From: Candidatus Omnitrophota bacterium
Lineage (GTDB): Bacteria > Omnitrophota > Gorgyraeia > JAGLLT01
Reading direction: 5' to 3'
DNA length: 64,000 nt
Assembly: GCA_030632085.1 (NCBI GenBank)
Contig: DAOVJY010000001.1
Coordinates: 2,125 to 66,124 of the forward strand
Part shown: one piece after another, positions 19,343-28,906 of the stretch
How the letters are laid out: each line of letters starts with the position of its first letter
Position numbering within the stretch: the first letter of the stretch is position 1
Made by a program: the position numbers and the translations under genes
Notes under the pieces: model-generated
The model's input: the letters and a program-made list of their open reading frames with translations, nothing else
Told to the model about the DNA's origin: nothing
The model's database searches: none

Positions 19343-20497
19343 TTACTTCTTTTTAATAATGTTGCGGGTATCTTGCGCGATCATTAATTCTTCATCAGTT
19401 GGTATTACAAGCACTTTTAACGCCGGTTTGATAAAATTATTAAGCCCTTCAACAACTTTATTTCTTATAAAAGCGCAGTTCTCACCGATACCCCCGGTAA
19501 AAATCAGAGCATCCGCCCCGCCCAAAGCGACAATATAAGCTCCAACGTATTTCCTGACTCTATATATAAATAGATCAAGGGCAATTCCCGCCTTCTTATT
19601 TTTCTTTTTCGCCGCGGCTTCGATGTCTCTCATATCACTACTCAACTCCGAAAGGCCCAGTAAGCCGCTCTTCTTATTTAAAATGTTGTCCATCTCACTC
19701 GGGGTAAGATTGTCTACTTTCATAAGATACATGAGAATCGCGGGATCTAAGTCACCGCTTCTTGTACCCATCAACAATCCTTCAAGCGGCGTAAGGCCCA
19801 TAGATGTATCAATGCATTTACCATTCTTAACAGCGGATATACTGCAGCCGTTACCCAGGTGACATGTTATAATTTTTAAATCTTTGCGCGGCTTCTTTAA
19901 TAATCTAGTTGCTTTCATGGAAACATATCTATGGCTTGTACCGTGAAATCCATACCTCCTTATACCGCGTTTCGCGTAATATTTGTACGGAATCCCATAT
20001 AAATAAGCGTGAGCGGGCATTGTCTGCCCAAAGGCGGTATCAAAAACGGCAACCTGTGAAATATTTTTTAATTCCTTCTCACAGGCGATTATACCCTGAA
20101 GATTTACGGGATTATGCAAAGGGCCAAATTTTATATATTCCCTAATAATTTTTTTTACGGTTTTATTTATAATACACGGTTGGGTAAACTTTTCCCCTCC
20201 GTGAAGCACTCTATGGCCTACGGCATCTATCTCATTTCGCGATTTTAAAACCCTATATGTGTCGTGCTCGGCTAAATAAGATACAAGTATCTTTATAGCG
20301 GATTGATGATCCGGCGCCTTCACTTTTTTCTTATTAATGCTTGGTTTATTTACCGGATAATGACTAAAAAGCTGGGTCGCCTGCCCAATTTTTTCAATTA
20401 ATCCTTTGGCCATTATTTTATAAACCAAGCCGCCCTTAACGTCATACAGCCTATATTTAACCGATGAGCTTCCACAGTTTACAACAAGAATCTTCAT
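19343..20497 (-). CDS. ackA: Acetate kinase
   Basis: NCGSSS, GHRVLHGG, PLHNP, VFDTAF, YGFHGTSH, HLGNG, TPLEG, GTRSGD, FTGGIGEN. Confidence 0.96.
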   Translation of the reverse strand: MKILVVNCGSSSVKYRLYDVKGGLVYKIMAKGLIEKIGQATQLFSHYPVNKPSINKKKVKAPDHQSAIKILVSYLAEHDTYRVLKSRNEIDAVGHRVLHGGEKFTQPCIINKTVKKIIREYIKFGPLHNPVNLQGIIACEKELKNISQVAVFDTAFGQTMPAHAYLYGIPYKYYAKRGIRRYGFHGTSHRYVSMKATRLLKKPRKDLKIITCHLGNGCSISAVKNGKCIDTSMGLTPLEGLLMGTRSGDLDPAILMYLMKVDNLTPSEMDNILNKKSGLLGLSELSSDMRDIEAAAKKKNKKAGIALDLFIYRVRKYVGAYIVALGGADALIFTGGIGENCAFIRNKVVEGLNNFIKPALKVLVIPTDEELMIAQDTRNIIKKK

Positions 20498-20511
20498 GAG
20501 TAATATTAACC

Positions 20512-21504
20512 TTATTGATTTCTAATAGCTGTTATAGCTACAGCATCTATTACAGCTTGAACATTGCACCCTCGCGATAAATCACTGCAGGACTTTTTTA
20601 AGCCCTGAAGCAAGGGGCCTATCGCCTTAGCTTTTGAAAGCCTTTGAACGAGCTTATAAGATATATTCCCGGATTCAAGCCCGGGAAAAATCAAAACATT
20701 AGCCTTACCCTTAAGGCAACTGTCAGGTGATTTCTTTTGAGCTACCTCGGGAATAATAGCCGCGTCTACCTGTATTTCTCCATCGAGAATTAACTTTGGA
20801 CGCATTTTTTTGGCAATCTCAACCGCTCTGCGAACCTTATCCACAGGAGCACCTTTGGCGCTTCCTTTAGTGGAATAACTTAAAAAAGCTACCCTGGGAT
20901 CAATACTAAATACTTTTTGGAGCAGTTGGGCGCTGGATATCGCAATCGCGGCTAGTTGTTCTGAAGTAGGCTCCGGTACAATCCCGCAATCAGCAAAGAC
21001 AAAAACTCCATCCTCACCCAAATTACAATCAGGCACTGCCATAATAAAAGAGCTTGAAAGAGTCTTGATTTCATCATCAACTCCAATACAATGCAATGCC
21101 GCTCGAGCTACATTTGCGGATGTAGTTACAGCTCCGGCAACAAACCCGTCCGCCCCGCCTTGCGCCACCAGCATCGCGGAATAAAAAAGAGGATCTTTCA
21201 TAACTTCTCTGGCATCCTCTAAAGTAATCCCTCTATGCTTTCTGTTTTCAAAATAAGAAGCGGCAAACTCTTCAAAATTCGCCGCTTTTTCATTATCTAT
21301 TATTTCAACCTTATCCAAACTTACGGAACAGTCTTTAGCCGCCTTAATAACCTCTTCCTTTATGCCAATCAATACAGGGGCAGCCAAATTTTCCTGAGTT
21401 ATCTTCGCAACCGCCTCAATGATTCTTTTATCATACGACTCCGGTAAAACGATCCTTTTGAGATTAGATTTTGCGTTTGCGTAGATACTATCTAATATAT
21501 TCAT
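20512..21504 (-). CDS. pta: Phosphate acetyltransferase
   Basis: IVLPE, FADC, LSYSTKGS, DGEIQVDAA, GNISYK, DLSRG. Confidence 0.95.
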   Translation of the reverse strand: MNILDSIYANAKSNLKRIVLPESYDKRIIEAVAKITQENLAAPVLIGIKEEVIKAAKDCSVSLDKVEIIDNEKAANFEEFAASYFENRKHRGITLEDAREVMKDPLFYSAMLVAQGGADGFVAGAVTTSANVARAALHCIGVDDEIKTLSSSFIMAVPDCNLGEDGVFVFADCGIVPEPTSEQLAAIAISSAQLLQKVFSIDPRVAFLSYSTKGSAKGAPVDKVRRAVEIAKKMRPKLILDGEIQVDAAIIPEVAQKKSPDSCLKGKANVLIFPGLESGNISYKLVQRLSKAKAIGPLLQGLKKSCSDLSRGCNVQAVIDAVAITAIRNQ

Positions 21505-21993
21505 TTACTCCGGTCTTAATTTCTTAGTTAGCGCTTCGGCAATCTCTTTAGGAACAAATTGCTCAACATTAGCTCCCAATAAAACAGCTTCTTTTATCAA
21601 TTTTGAAGATAAATAGCAATAAGATTCATTGGGCATCATAAAAATGGTTTCTACTTCCGGTTCCAATTGCCTATTGGTTAGCGCCATTTGAAACTCATAT
21701 TCAAAATCGGAAATCATTCGTATTCCTCGAATAATAGTCCTTGCCTCTGCCGCTTTCACATAATTAACAACTAAACTATTAAAGTCATCCACTTTAACAT
21801 TTTCTATGCCCTCAACAGCTTTTTTAACCATAAAAACTCTCTCTTCAATGCTAAATAGAGGCTGTTTATTGACAGAATGAGCCACAGCCACAACTACCTC
21901 ATCGAATATTTTAGCTGCTCTTTTGAGGAGATCAAGGTGGCCGTATGTGATAGGATCAAAGGTTCCTGGATATACCGCTTTTCTTTTAATCAC
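21505..21993 (-). CDS. coaD: Pantetheine-phosphate adenylyltransferase
   Basis: YPGTFDPITYGH, RGIR..SDFEYE, LSSK. Confidence 0.97.
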   Translation of the reverse strand: MIKRKAVYPGTFDPITYGHLDLLKRAAKIFDEVVVAVAHSVNKQPLFSIEERVFMVKKAVEGIENVKVDDFNSLVVNYVKAAEARTIIRGIRMISDFEYEFQMALTNRQLEPEVETIFMMPNESYCYLSSKLIKEAVLLGANVEQFVPKEIAEALTKKLRPE

Positions 21994-22007
21994 TGTTTTT
22001 GCTTGCG

Positions 22008-22569
22008 TTACGCTTGTTTTTTAAAAAAAGTTACAGATGTTTTGCCGGCTTCAATTTGCTTAAGCTTTATATACTCTATTATATCTAAATCCTTGAGAGC
22101 ATTTTTCTCATATTCAGCTATAATCAAGCCATCGGGCAGCAGTATATCATAGTCCAAAAGTAGATGCAAGCTTTTTTTTATCAAGCCTTTACGATAAGGA
22201 GGGTCTAAAAATATTAAATCAAATTTGAGCTCTTTTTTTTTTCGCCTTTTTGATGAATTCCAGGGCATCCCGCTTTAAAATTTGAGCCTTAGAAGCGTCA
22301 TTTTTGTCAAAAATTCGTACATTTTCAAGCAAGCTGGATATATCAATGTCAACCATATAGGCCTTCTTGGCTCCCCTGGAAATAGCTTCTATGCCAAAAG
22401 CACCGCTGCCGGAATACAAATCAAGCACCAGAGCACCCTCAATTTTTGCCATCAATAGATTAAAAAGACATTCCCGCAGACTATCCTTTGTGGGGCTCAC
22501 TACGCTTGATAAAACTTTCAGCTTCCTTCTACTATATTTACCACCTATTATTCTCATAAAAAAACTCAA
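22008..22569 (-). pseudogene. rsmD: 16S rRNA m2G966 methyltransferase RsmD, split by a frameshift in an A10 run
   Basis: The N part has MRIIGG, PTKDSLRE, LDLYSGSGAFGIEA. The C part has FDLIFLDPPY. Removing one A from the A10 tract (22233-22242) joins them in frame. Confidence 0.88.
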
Positions 22570-22946
22570 TAATATTTCATAAAGCTGGAAATAATGTCAT
22601 CTCTTGTAATGACTCCAATTACCTTTTTGTGCTTAACAACAGGTAATCTTCTTAGAATTTTTTCACTGAATATCTTGGCAACTTTCTCCAGGGCATCCGA
22701 CTCTTTAACAAAAACAACCTTAGCGGTCATAATATCCCTGGCCTTAAGATGCAAAAAATCAGCTCTGGAAAAACTTTTAATGATATCCTTCTCGGACACA
22801 ATTCCTGACAAGTAACCCTTTTCACTAACTACGGGAATATTGGTAATCTTCTTATCGGTTAGTATTTTACCTATTTTCTTTACCGGGGTGCTGTCCGTAA
22901 CCGTAAAAAATTTCCTTCCCTTAAGCACATCTTTTACAACGGCCAT
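22566..22946 (-). CDS. CBS domain pair protein
   Basis: Two CBS motifs: IPVV..GYLSGIVSEKDI and LPVV..KVIGVITRDDI. Confidence 0.9.
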   Translation of the reverse strand: MAVVKDVLKGRKFFTVTDSTPVKKIGKILTDKKITNIPVVSEKGYLSGIVSEKDIIKSFSRADFLHLKARDIMTAKVVFVKESDALEKVAKIFSEKILRRLPVVKHKKVIGVITRDDIISSFMKYY

Positions 22947-22951
22947 TTAAA

Positions 22952-25267
22952 TCACCTCACTTTTTTTCGCATAGGTATGACAATCCTTTTACCTGGTTCT
23001 AAATAATAATCCTTCTCTTCATGCCTTAATTTGACTTGCTTACAGTGATTAACTCTACTAAATAAACGCGAAGATACCTCTATCTGCTTTTTATTTATCC
23101 TGAAATTTAAAACAAAATTCCTGTACCTAAATTTAAATTGTAACAATTTCCAGTGACTCGGCAAATTGGGCCTTAATTGAATGCCTAATTCATCAATCAC
23201 GATACCGCCAAAGCCCCTTATAACAACTTGGTATGTTCCCCCCAAAGAAGCTCCATGGACGCCATCGCCGGTATTACCGTGTTTATTTTGAATATCACTT
23301 AAAACAGAATATATAAAGTAAACATATGCCCTTAAATCATCCTCTATCCAGGATGCCACCGTGGCATGAACACTGGGGCTCAAAGAAGATTTGTGCAAAG
23401 TCCTCTCAACATAATAATAGTAATTCCTTTTAGTCTGTTCATGGGTAAAATTCTGCGGGAATAAAAAGAACAACATAACTACATCGGCCTGCTTCACAAA
23501 TTGAGTAGCTCCGATATTCTTTAAAGGTACCGCCTTGGGCGTGGCCGGAATAAAATCTCTTTCCCATTCGGATATAGTTATCGACTTTTTCTTAAAATAA
23601 CCGTCGAATTGTTCAATTAATTTATTCTTTTTTGAAAATTCAAAATAAATCTTCTGGCCGATTTTAAACCATGAGGCTACTTCTTTATCGGTTACCCCTA
23701 ATTTTTTCTTAATTCTTTTGAATCTGGCTTTGGCCTTTTTTCCATAGTAATCATTTAAAGCCACCGCGTACAATAAATTCCACTTAGCCATATAATTGGT
23801 AAAAGCGTTATTATTAACATTTATATGGAACTCATCAGGGCCAATGACTCCATTTATATCATATCTATCTTTGGCCTTATTATATGTAACTCTACTCGCG
23901 TAAAATCGGGCCGATTCAAAAACCATCTCTATGCCATATCTTAAAAGAAAATTTTCATCATTGGTGTGCAGGACATAATTGTAAATACTATAGGCGATAT
24001 CAGCCGAGATATGCTGTTCATAATCCTGGGTATGGATTTCAATAATCGTCCCGTCCAGATCCTTTGAATAACCGGGAGTTGTCTCAATTCCGGTAGCAGC
24101 AGACTCCCAGGGGAAAAGCGCCCCTTTGTAATTAAATTTCAGAGCTCTCCGGCGGGCATTATCAAGCCGGCGGTATCGATACAATAATAACTTCCTGCTG
24201 ACTTCAGGATTAGTCATATTAAAAAAAGGCATAATGAATATTTCAGTATCCCAGAATACATGCCCTCTATAACCTTCGCCGGAAAGTGTCTTGGCGGCAA
24301 CGCTGACATCTTTACTCCAACGCCCGGCCGCGATCAACAAATGATAAATGTTAAACCGTACCGCTTTTTGAATATCCTTATCACCCTGAATTACTACATC
24401 TGATTCTTTCCACAGTTGAGTCCAGACATTTTTATGCTCCCTTAAAAGCTTTTCAAATCCGCTTTTATAGGCATCTTTTACTTCCCGAGAAGAAACGGCC
24501 CTAATTTTTTTTCGGCTGATATGCCTTGAGGTATGAACTGTTATGTACTTAGTTAAAGTAACGCTGGCGCCCTTCTTTAAGAATAAGTTTTGAACTCTGC
24601 TATTAGCCAATTTCCGCTTTTGGCCGGACTTCATTGATAAAAGTGTCGAATACGCGATCCAGGTTTTATATGTATAACTACGCATGCATAGATAATTTAA
24701 TTTTGTTTCGCCATCAGCTTCAACAACTTTCACATGCCTCTTTCGCCCTTCCAATATCCCTCCCTGATTAGCTACCGAATCATCAATGCAATCCTGGATA
24801 ATCAGGTGCATAGGCGCGTTTACAGCCGTCAACTTAACCCTCATTATAATTAAATGGTGATTAGCATAACTTATAAACCTGGTCGATTCATAATTAATCT
24901 TTCTACCCCAGGCATCTTTATATAACGTATTTCTGTATAAGAGGCCGTTTTTCATATCTAAACAACGGCTATGCTTTAAAACCTTCATACTCCTGACATC
25001 TAATTTTTCACCTTCTGAAGCAATTCTCATATCCAATGGGTTAGGGAGATTAATTAACTCCTCAACCTGGGCAACACTCTTATCGAAAACTCCAGCTATA
25101 AAAGTCCCCGGAGTATAACCCTCAGGCGATTCTTCAAAAATTCCCCTAATTCCCATATAACTATTACCCAAGGTGAAAATAGACTCATAAGCTCTTTGGG
25201 TATCCGGGTTAAAATCATGCATTTTTTCTTCAATTATCCAGTCATTGCCGGAAAGTAACTTTTTCAT
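22952..25267 (-). CDS. Glycoside hydrolase family 65 (alpha-glucoside phosphorylase)
   Basis: ESIFTLGNSYMGIRG, GEGYRGHVFWDTE, GALFPWES, GPDEFH, KQADV, HKSSLS. Confidence 0.94.
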   Translation of the reverse strand: MKKLLSGNDWIIEEKMHDFNPDTQRAYESIFTLGNSYMGIRGIFEESPEGYTPGTFIAGVFDKSVAQVEELINLPNPLDMRIASEGEKLDVRSMKVLKHSRCLDMKNGLLYRNTLYKDAWGRKINYESTRFISYANHHLIIMRVKLTAVNAPMHLIIQDCIDDSVANQGGILEGRKRHVKVVEADGETKLNYLCMRSYTYKTWIAYSTLLSMKSGQKRKLANSRVQNLFLKKGASVTLTKYITVHTSRHISRKKIRAVSSREVKDAYKSGFEKLLREHKNVWTQLWKESDVVIQGDKDIQKAVRFNIYHLLIAAGRWSKDVSVAAKTLSGEGYRGHVFWDTEIFIMPFFNMTNPEVSRKLLLYRYRRLDNARRRALKFNYKGALFPWESAATGIETTPGYSKDLDGTIIEIHTQDYEQHISADIAYSIYNYVLHTNDENFLLRYGIEMVFESARFYASRVTYNKAKDRYDINGVIGPDEFHINVNNNAFTNYMAKWNLLYAVALNDYYGKKAKARFKRIKKKLGVTDKEVASWFKIGQKIYFEFSKKNKLIEQFDGYFKKKSITISEWERDFIPATPKAVPLKNIGATQFVKQADVVMLFFLFPQNFTHEQTKRNYYYYVERTLHKSSLSPSVHATVASWIEDDLRAYVYFIYSVLSDIQNKHGNTGDGVHGASLGGTYQVVIRGFGGIVIDELGIQLRPNLPSHWKLLQFKFRYRNFVLNFRINKKQIEVSSRLFSRVNHCKQVKLRHEEKDYYLEPGKRIVIPMRKKVR

Positions 25268-25926
25268 ATATTTTTTTTGATTTTCTCCTCTATTAGAGCG
25301 ATATCAAGCTTACTGAAATCATTAATAACAATATCCGCGCCGCGCAAAATCTCAGGTTTATCAACCCGATCAACCCCCACGCACACCATGTTTCCGTTTT
25401 TAGCCGCTTCAACGCCTTTCTTGGCATCTTCAAAGACCACAGCATTTAAAGGATTGACATTTATCATTTTGGCCGCGTTTAAAAATATCTCCGGGTCCGG
25501 TTTTCCATTCTTAAATCCGTATCCGTCAATCACAGCATCAAATATTTTAAATATACCTATCTTATTTAGAATATCTTTGCAGTTTTTACTTGAAGAAGCT
25601 ACGGCAAGCATAAATTTGCCCTTCTCCAGGGAATCAATAAATTTAATTGCATCTTCATAAACATCAACATTATCATTAGTTAGAAGTTCTACAAAATAGT
25701 TTTGTTTTTTCTTTGCCGCCGCCTTTAATTCCTCATCTGTTAAATCTGTTAATATGGCTCCGGCCCCATCCAATCTGGGAATACCGTCAACCCTTTCTTT
25801 ATACATTTCAAACGTAAAATCAATACCATAACCGGCAAACATTTTTTTCCAGGCCTTGAAATGCAAAGGAACCGTATTGGTTATAACACCGTCCATATCA
25901 AAGATTAATCCAATTTTTGAACTCAT
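25264..25926 (-). CDS. pgmB: Beta-phosphoglucomutase
   Basis: IFDMDGVIT, HFKAW, ASSSKN, GKPDPEIF, FEDA; adjacent to GH65. Confidence 0.88.
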   Translation of the reverse strand: MSSKIGLIFDMDGVITNTVPLHFKAWKKMFAGYGIDFTFEMYKERVDGIPRLDGAGAILTDLTDEELKAAAKKKQNYFVELLTNDNVDVYEDAIKFIDSLEKGKFMLAVASSSKNCKDILNKIGIFKIFDAVIDGYGFKNGKPDPEIFLNAAKMINVNPLNAVVFEDAKKGVEAAKNGNMVCVGVDRVDKPEILRGADIVINDFSKLDIALIEEKIKKNI

Positions 25927-27140
25927 TAGCCGTCTTTCTTTAAAACTTTTTCATAAATTTTCAGAGTGGCATCTGTCATTTTCTCAACAGTAAAATTACT
26001 TACAACCATCTCTCTTCCGTTTTCGCCTAAGCGCCTTCTTAAATCTTCATCCTTAAGAAGCCTGATTATCCTATCGGCCAGCTCAAGATGCCTCTTCACC
26101 CGGACGACATAGCCGTTTAAACCCTCTTTAATAATCTCCGGCATGCCGCCGGTATCCGTAACCACCATAGGAACTCCGCTAGCCAGAGATTCCAGCATGG
26201 TAATTCCGAAAGGCTCAGAAGCTGTTGAGGGATACAGAGAAACAGATGAAATATTATAAAATTTAGGTATTACTTTATGCGGAATCATATTTACAAAAAC
26301 ATTCTTTTCAAGCTTTAATATCTTTACCAGGTGCAACAAGTAAGCAATATCTTTCTCCTGAGTAGAATTCCAATCAATAATATGTTCAGTGCCGCATAAG
26401 ACAAGCATGGCTTCAGGCACCTCCTTAACTACTTCAGTCATAGACTTAATGCTGGTATCACATCCCTTAGCCAAACCCATTCTGGCCGGATGAAATATAA
26501 CCTTACGGCCTTTAAGCTGCGGATACTTTTTGATTATCTCAACTGATGCGGCATCCGGCTTAAAAAGATTAACGTCAACTCCATGATAAACTACGCTGAT
26601 ATCCTTTTCTTTTAAGCCTACTCCGCAAAGCTCATCTTTAATATATTGACTAACGGCAATAATATGGCTCCACTTTACAATTTTAGTCGTTAAATTCAGA
26701 AAAAGGCCGTCATCCCAAACGTTGTGCGCCGTAAGAACGAGGGGTATTTTATTTATCTTGGCATACTCATTTAATAACTCAGCGTGAACGGTGCTAAAAT
26801 AGTGCATATTATGAGCATGGATAATATCAGGTTTAATCTTATCCAAAACACCGTACATATATTCTCTTAAAGCCGGCTCTATGCCCTCAAAGCCTCTTTT
26901 TGCTAACCAGTTGAGATCAAAATAGGAACTACGAATTACCTTCATTCCTTTATAATCTTCCTCTTGCGCCGTATCAGGCGGCATGCCGGTTAATAAATAA
27001 ACCTTATGCTTTCTTCTAACCAAAGCCGGCCCTATAAGAGTTAAATGCGTTTCAACTCCCCCTATTATTGGCGGAAAACCCCAGTGCATTTGAACAATCT
27101 TTAAACTATTTAATTTTTTGGACTTAGCCATAACACTCAA
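25926..27140 (-). CDS. Glycosyltransferase family 4
   Basis: PPIIGGVETH, IHAHN, HGVD, EPFGITMLESLASGVP. Confidence 0.93.
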   Translation of the reverse strand: MSVMAKSKKLNSLKIVQMHWGFPPIIGGVETHLTLIGPALVRRKHKVYLLTGMPPDTAQEEDYKGMKVIRSSYFDLNWLAKRGFEGIEPALREYMYGVLDKIKPDIIHAHNMHYFSTVHAELLNEYAKINKIPLVLTAHNVWDDGLFLNLTTKIVKWSHIIAVSQYIKDELCGVGLKEKDISVVYHGVDVNLFKPDAASVEIIKKYPQLKGRKVIFHPARMGLAKGCDTSIKSMTEVVKEVPEAMLVLCGTEHIIDWNSTQEKDIAYLLHLVKILKLEKNVFVNMIPHKVIPKFYNISSVSLYPSTASEPFGITMLESLASGVPMVVTDTGGMPEIIKEGLNGYVVRVKRHLELADRIIRLLKDEDLRRRLGENGREMVVSNFTVEKMTDATLKIYEKVLKKDG

Positions 27141-27259
27141 CCCTTCCCGTAGTGACGGTTAGTAATGGTCAATTTATTCATAGTCTTTAAAGATTTAAAC
27201 GAAAGATTACCCTATAATGGTATTTTTGTCAAGACGCGGCAAATTGTTATAAAAATAAA

Positions 27260-27853
27260 TCACATACCATTTTTAAGCGCTTGAAATTCCATGGAAAAAT
27301 CTGATATTTTAACCATAGCTTCCTTCCAGCTTTTTACCCTGTAAATATTTGATTTAGTTGTGAGGTGCTCATTCCACGGATACTCAAACATAATCACTTT
27401 AATTCCGGAATTTGCGATTCTCTCAATATAAATCGGATGATCTTCCAGGAAAACATCCACTTTTTCGTTGTGATTTTCCGATAAAAGGTGTTTATCGGCT
27501 AAGGTAAAATATATCTCTTGATAATTAATATCATGTCTTGCCAACCATTCTATCGTAACCTTCTTGACCTGCCTCGGCCTGGCTGTGACAATGATTATAC
27601 GGTTTTCCTTGGAAAGATTTTTGACACATTCGACCGCGCCTTCAAGAGGCCTCATATCCAACCAAAGCTGCTCATCAAGAAACATTTCATAAAGTCTTTT
27701 TATTTCAGCCTCGGATAAATAGAACGAATTCTCATAATGAAAACTTTTAACTTTATGTTTTGGGAAGGGCATCTTGAATAAACGCCGCATCGCGCTTCTA
27801 AATGTGACATCCGCGTTGGCCAAAATACCATCTATATCTAAAGCTATATTCAT
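27260..27853 (-). CDS. HAD-family phosphatase (5'(3')-nucleotidase-like)
   Basis: IALDIDGIL, IVTAR, FLEDH, YPWN. Confidence 0.85.
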   Translation of the reverse strand: MNIALDIDGILANADVTFRSAMRRLFKMPFPKHKVKSFHYENSFYLSEAEIKRLYEMFLDEQLWLDMRPLEGAVECVKNLSKENRIIIVTARPRQVKKVTIEWLARHDINYQEIYFTLADKHLLSENHNEKVDVFLEDHPIYIERIANSGIKVIMFEYPWNEHLTTKSNIYRVKSWKEAMVKISDFSMEFQALKNGM

Positions 27854-27871
27854 AATTGTCCGCTTTTAATT

Positions 27872-28039
27872 TTACTTACTTTCAAGAATAAAAGTTACCG
27901 GGCCGTCGTTCTCAATCATTACTTTCCATTTATCCCGCGGAATTCTAAAATAATGCACCTCACCTGAAAACATAATAAAAGGCTTCTTATCTATAAAGAG
28001 CTGTTTATCATTTAAACGTATCGTACGCTTATTTGTCAT
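27872..28039 (-). pseudogene. 55-aa chimera: GH35 beta-galactosidase N-terminus fused to D-aminoacyl-tRNA deacylase C-terminus
   Basis: MTNKRTIRLNDKQLFIDKKPFIMFSGEVHYFRIPRDKW|KVMIENDGPVTFILESK*; SGEVHYFR is the GH35 N-motif and NDGPVT the Dtd C-motif. Confidence 0.85.
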
Positions 28040-28062
28040 TGTTTTATCTCCATTTAAAGGTT

Positions 28063-28090
28063 ATTATAACAACGATTATTTATTTTGCAA
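28063..28090 (-). promoter_or_regulatory. Sigma70-type promoter of the former GH35 gene
   Basis: TTGCAA-16bp-TATAAT with TG extension; GGAG RBS before ATG 28039. Confidence 0.55.
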
Positions 28091-28214
28091 CTTAAATAAA
28101 AAAGGCGCTAACTTTTTATCAATCAGCACCTTTAACATTTGTCACATTTTTTGCTTATTTTTTTAGTTGCTTATAAACAAAAGCTTAACCCATTACAACT
28201 TTAACCTTATGCGG
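28071..28214. repeat. ~145-bp direct repeat (copy 1) containing a minus-strand terminator
   Basis: Closely matches 33903..34047; hairpin GGTGCTGATT-GATAAA-AAGTTAGCGCC followed by T6. Confidence 0.9.
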
Positions 28215-28219
28215 TAAAA

Positions 28220-28567
28220 GTAAACCCCTCGCCTCACCTTTGTAAAAGAAATTCTGCAAGGTGGGAGATTGATTTTCTTTATCCGTTGCTTCTGCGAAGA
28301 AATCAAGAATGCGCTCAGATCTTTCTTTTTCTCCTTTTAAAATATATGCTATAGCTACTAAAGAATTATTGAAGGTTTGAAACTGACTTCCTTCCATAGA
28401 AGGGAGCAATTTCTTATCCATAGAAGAACTATCCTGTATTTACTTAAGCCATTCCAGCACCAAGGGATCTTCAGGTGTCATTTTTTCATGCCGCCATTGC
28501 CTAAAACCAATACCGGCCAACTCTCTATCAGGATCGAGTATCGGGTCTGCCGGCGGAAAAGAAGCTG
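28220..28567 (-). pseudogene. Internal fragment of an unidentified (possibly glycosidase-like) gene with in-frame stop
   Basis: Frame ...PLVLEWLK*IQDSSSMDKKLLPS...NNSLVAIAYILKGEKERSERILDFF...GEARG then runs into the 145-bp repeat. Confidence 0.6.
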
Positions 28568-28816
28568 CTAATTCGGAATCTCCCTTATTAAATGCTCGCC
28601 GGCACAAGCATAAACTATAGCAATATACCTAAAGGCCGGCGCGTACATACCACTTTGCCTGGCTTTAATATAGGGAGCATAACCCTCTCTCAAGGCAATT
28701 TTTTCAATCTTGCGTTTAAGAAGAAGGCCTACTCCGCCTCGATTATTGAGAGCTTTTGAGACTGCCGCGGGAGAAGCACCGGCCTCTCTCGCGATATCTT
28801 TAATTGTTACTGACAT
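28568..28816 (-). pseudogene. Truncated LacI-family regulator (HTH plus start of sensor domain)
   Basis: VTIKDIAREAGASPAAVSKALN; ends after 82 aa where ~330 aa are expected. Confidence 0.85.
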
Positions 28817-28906
28817 AGATAAATCCTTTTTGTTAAAATTAACCTTTTAACCAACTTTTAATAGAATATTAACATATTCTATTCTCATATTGTAAAAAAA
28901 ATAAAT

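Noticed and set aside
28071-28214. 145-bp repeat as a known riboswitch or BglG RAT element
   Set aside because: I could not match any aptamer or RAT consensus by eye; only the terminator is supported.
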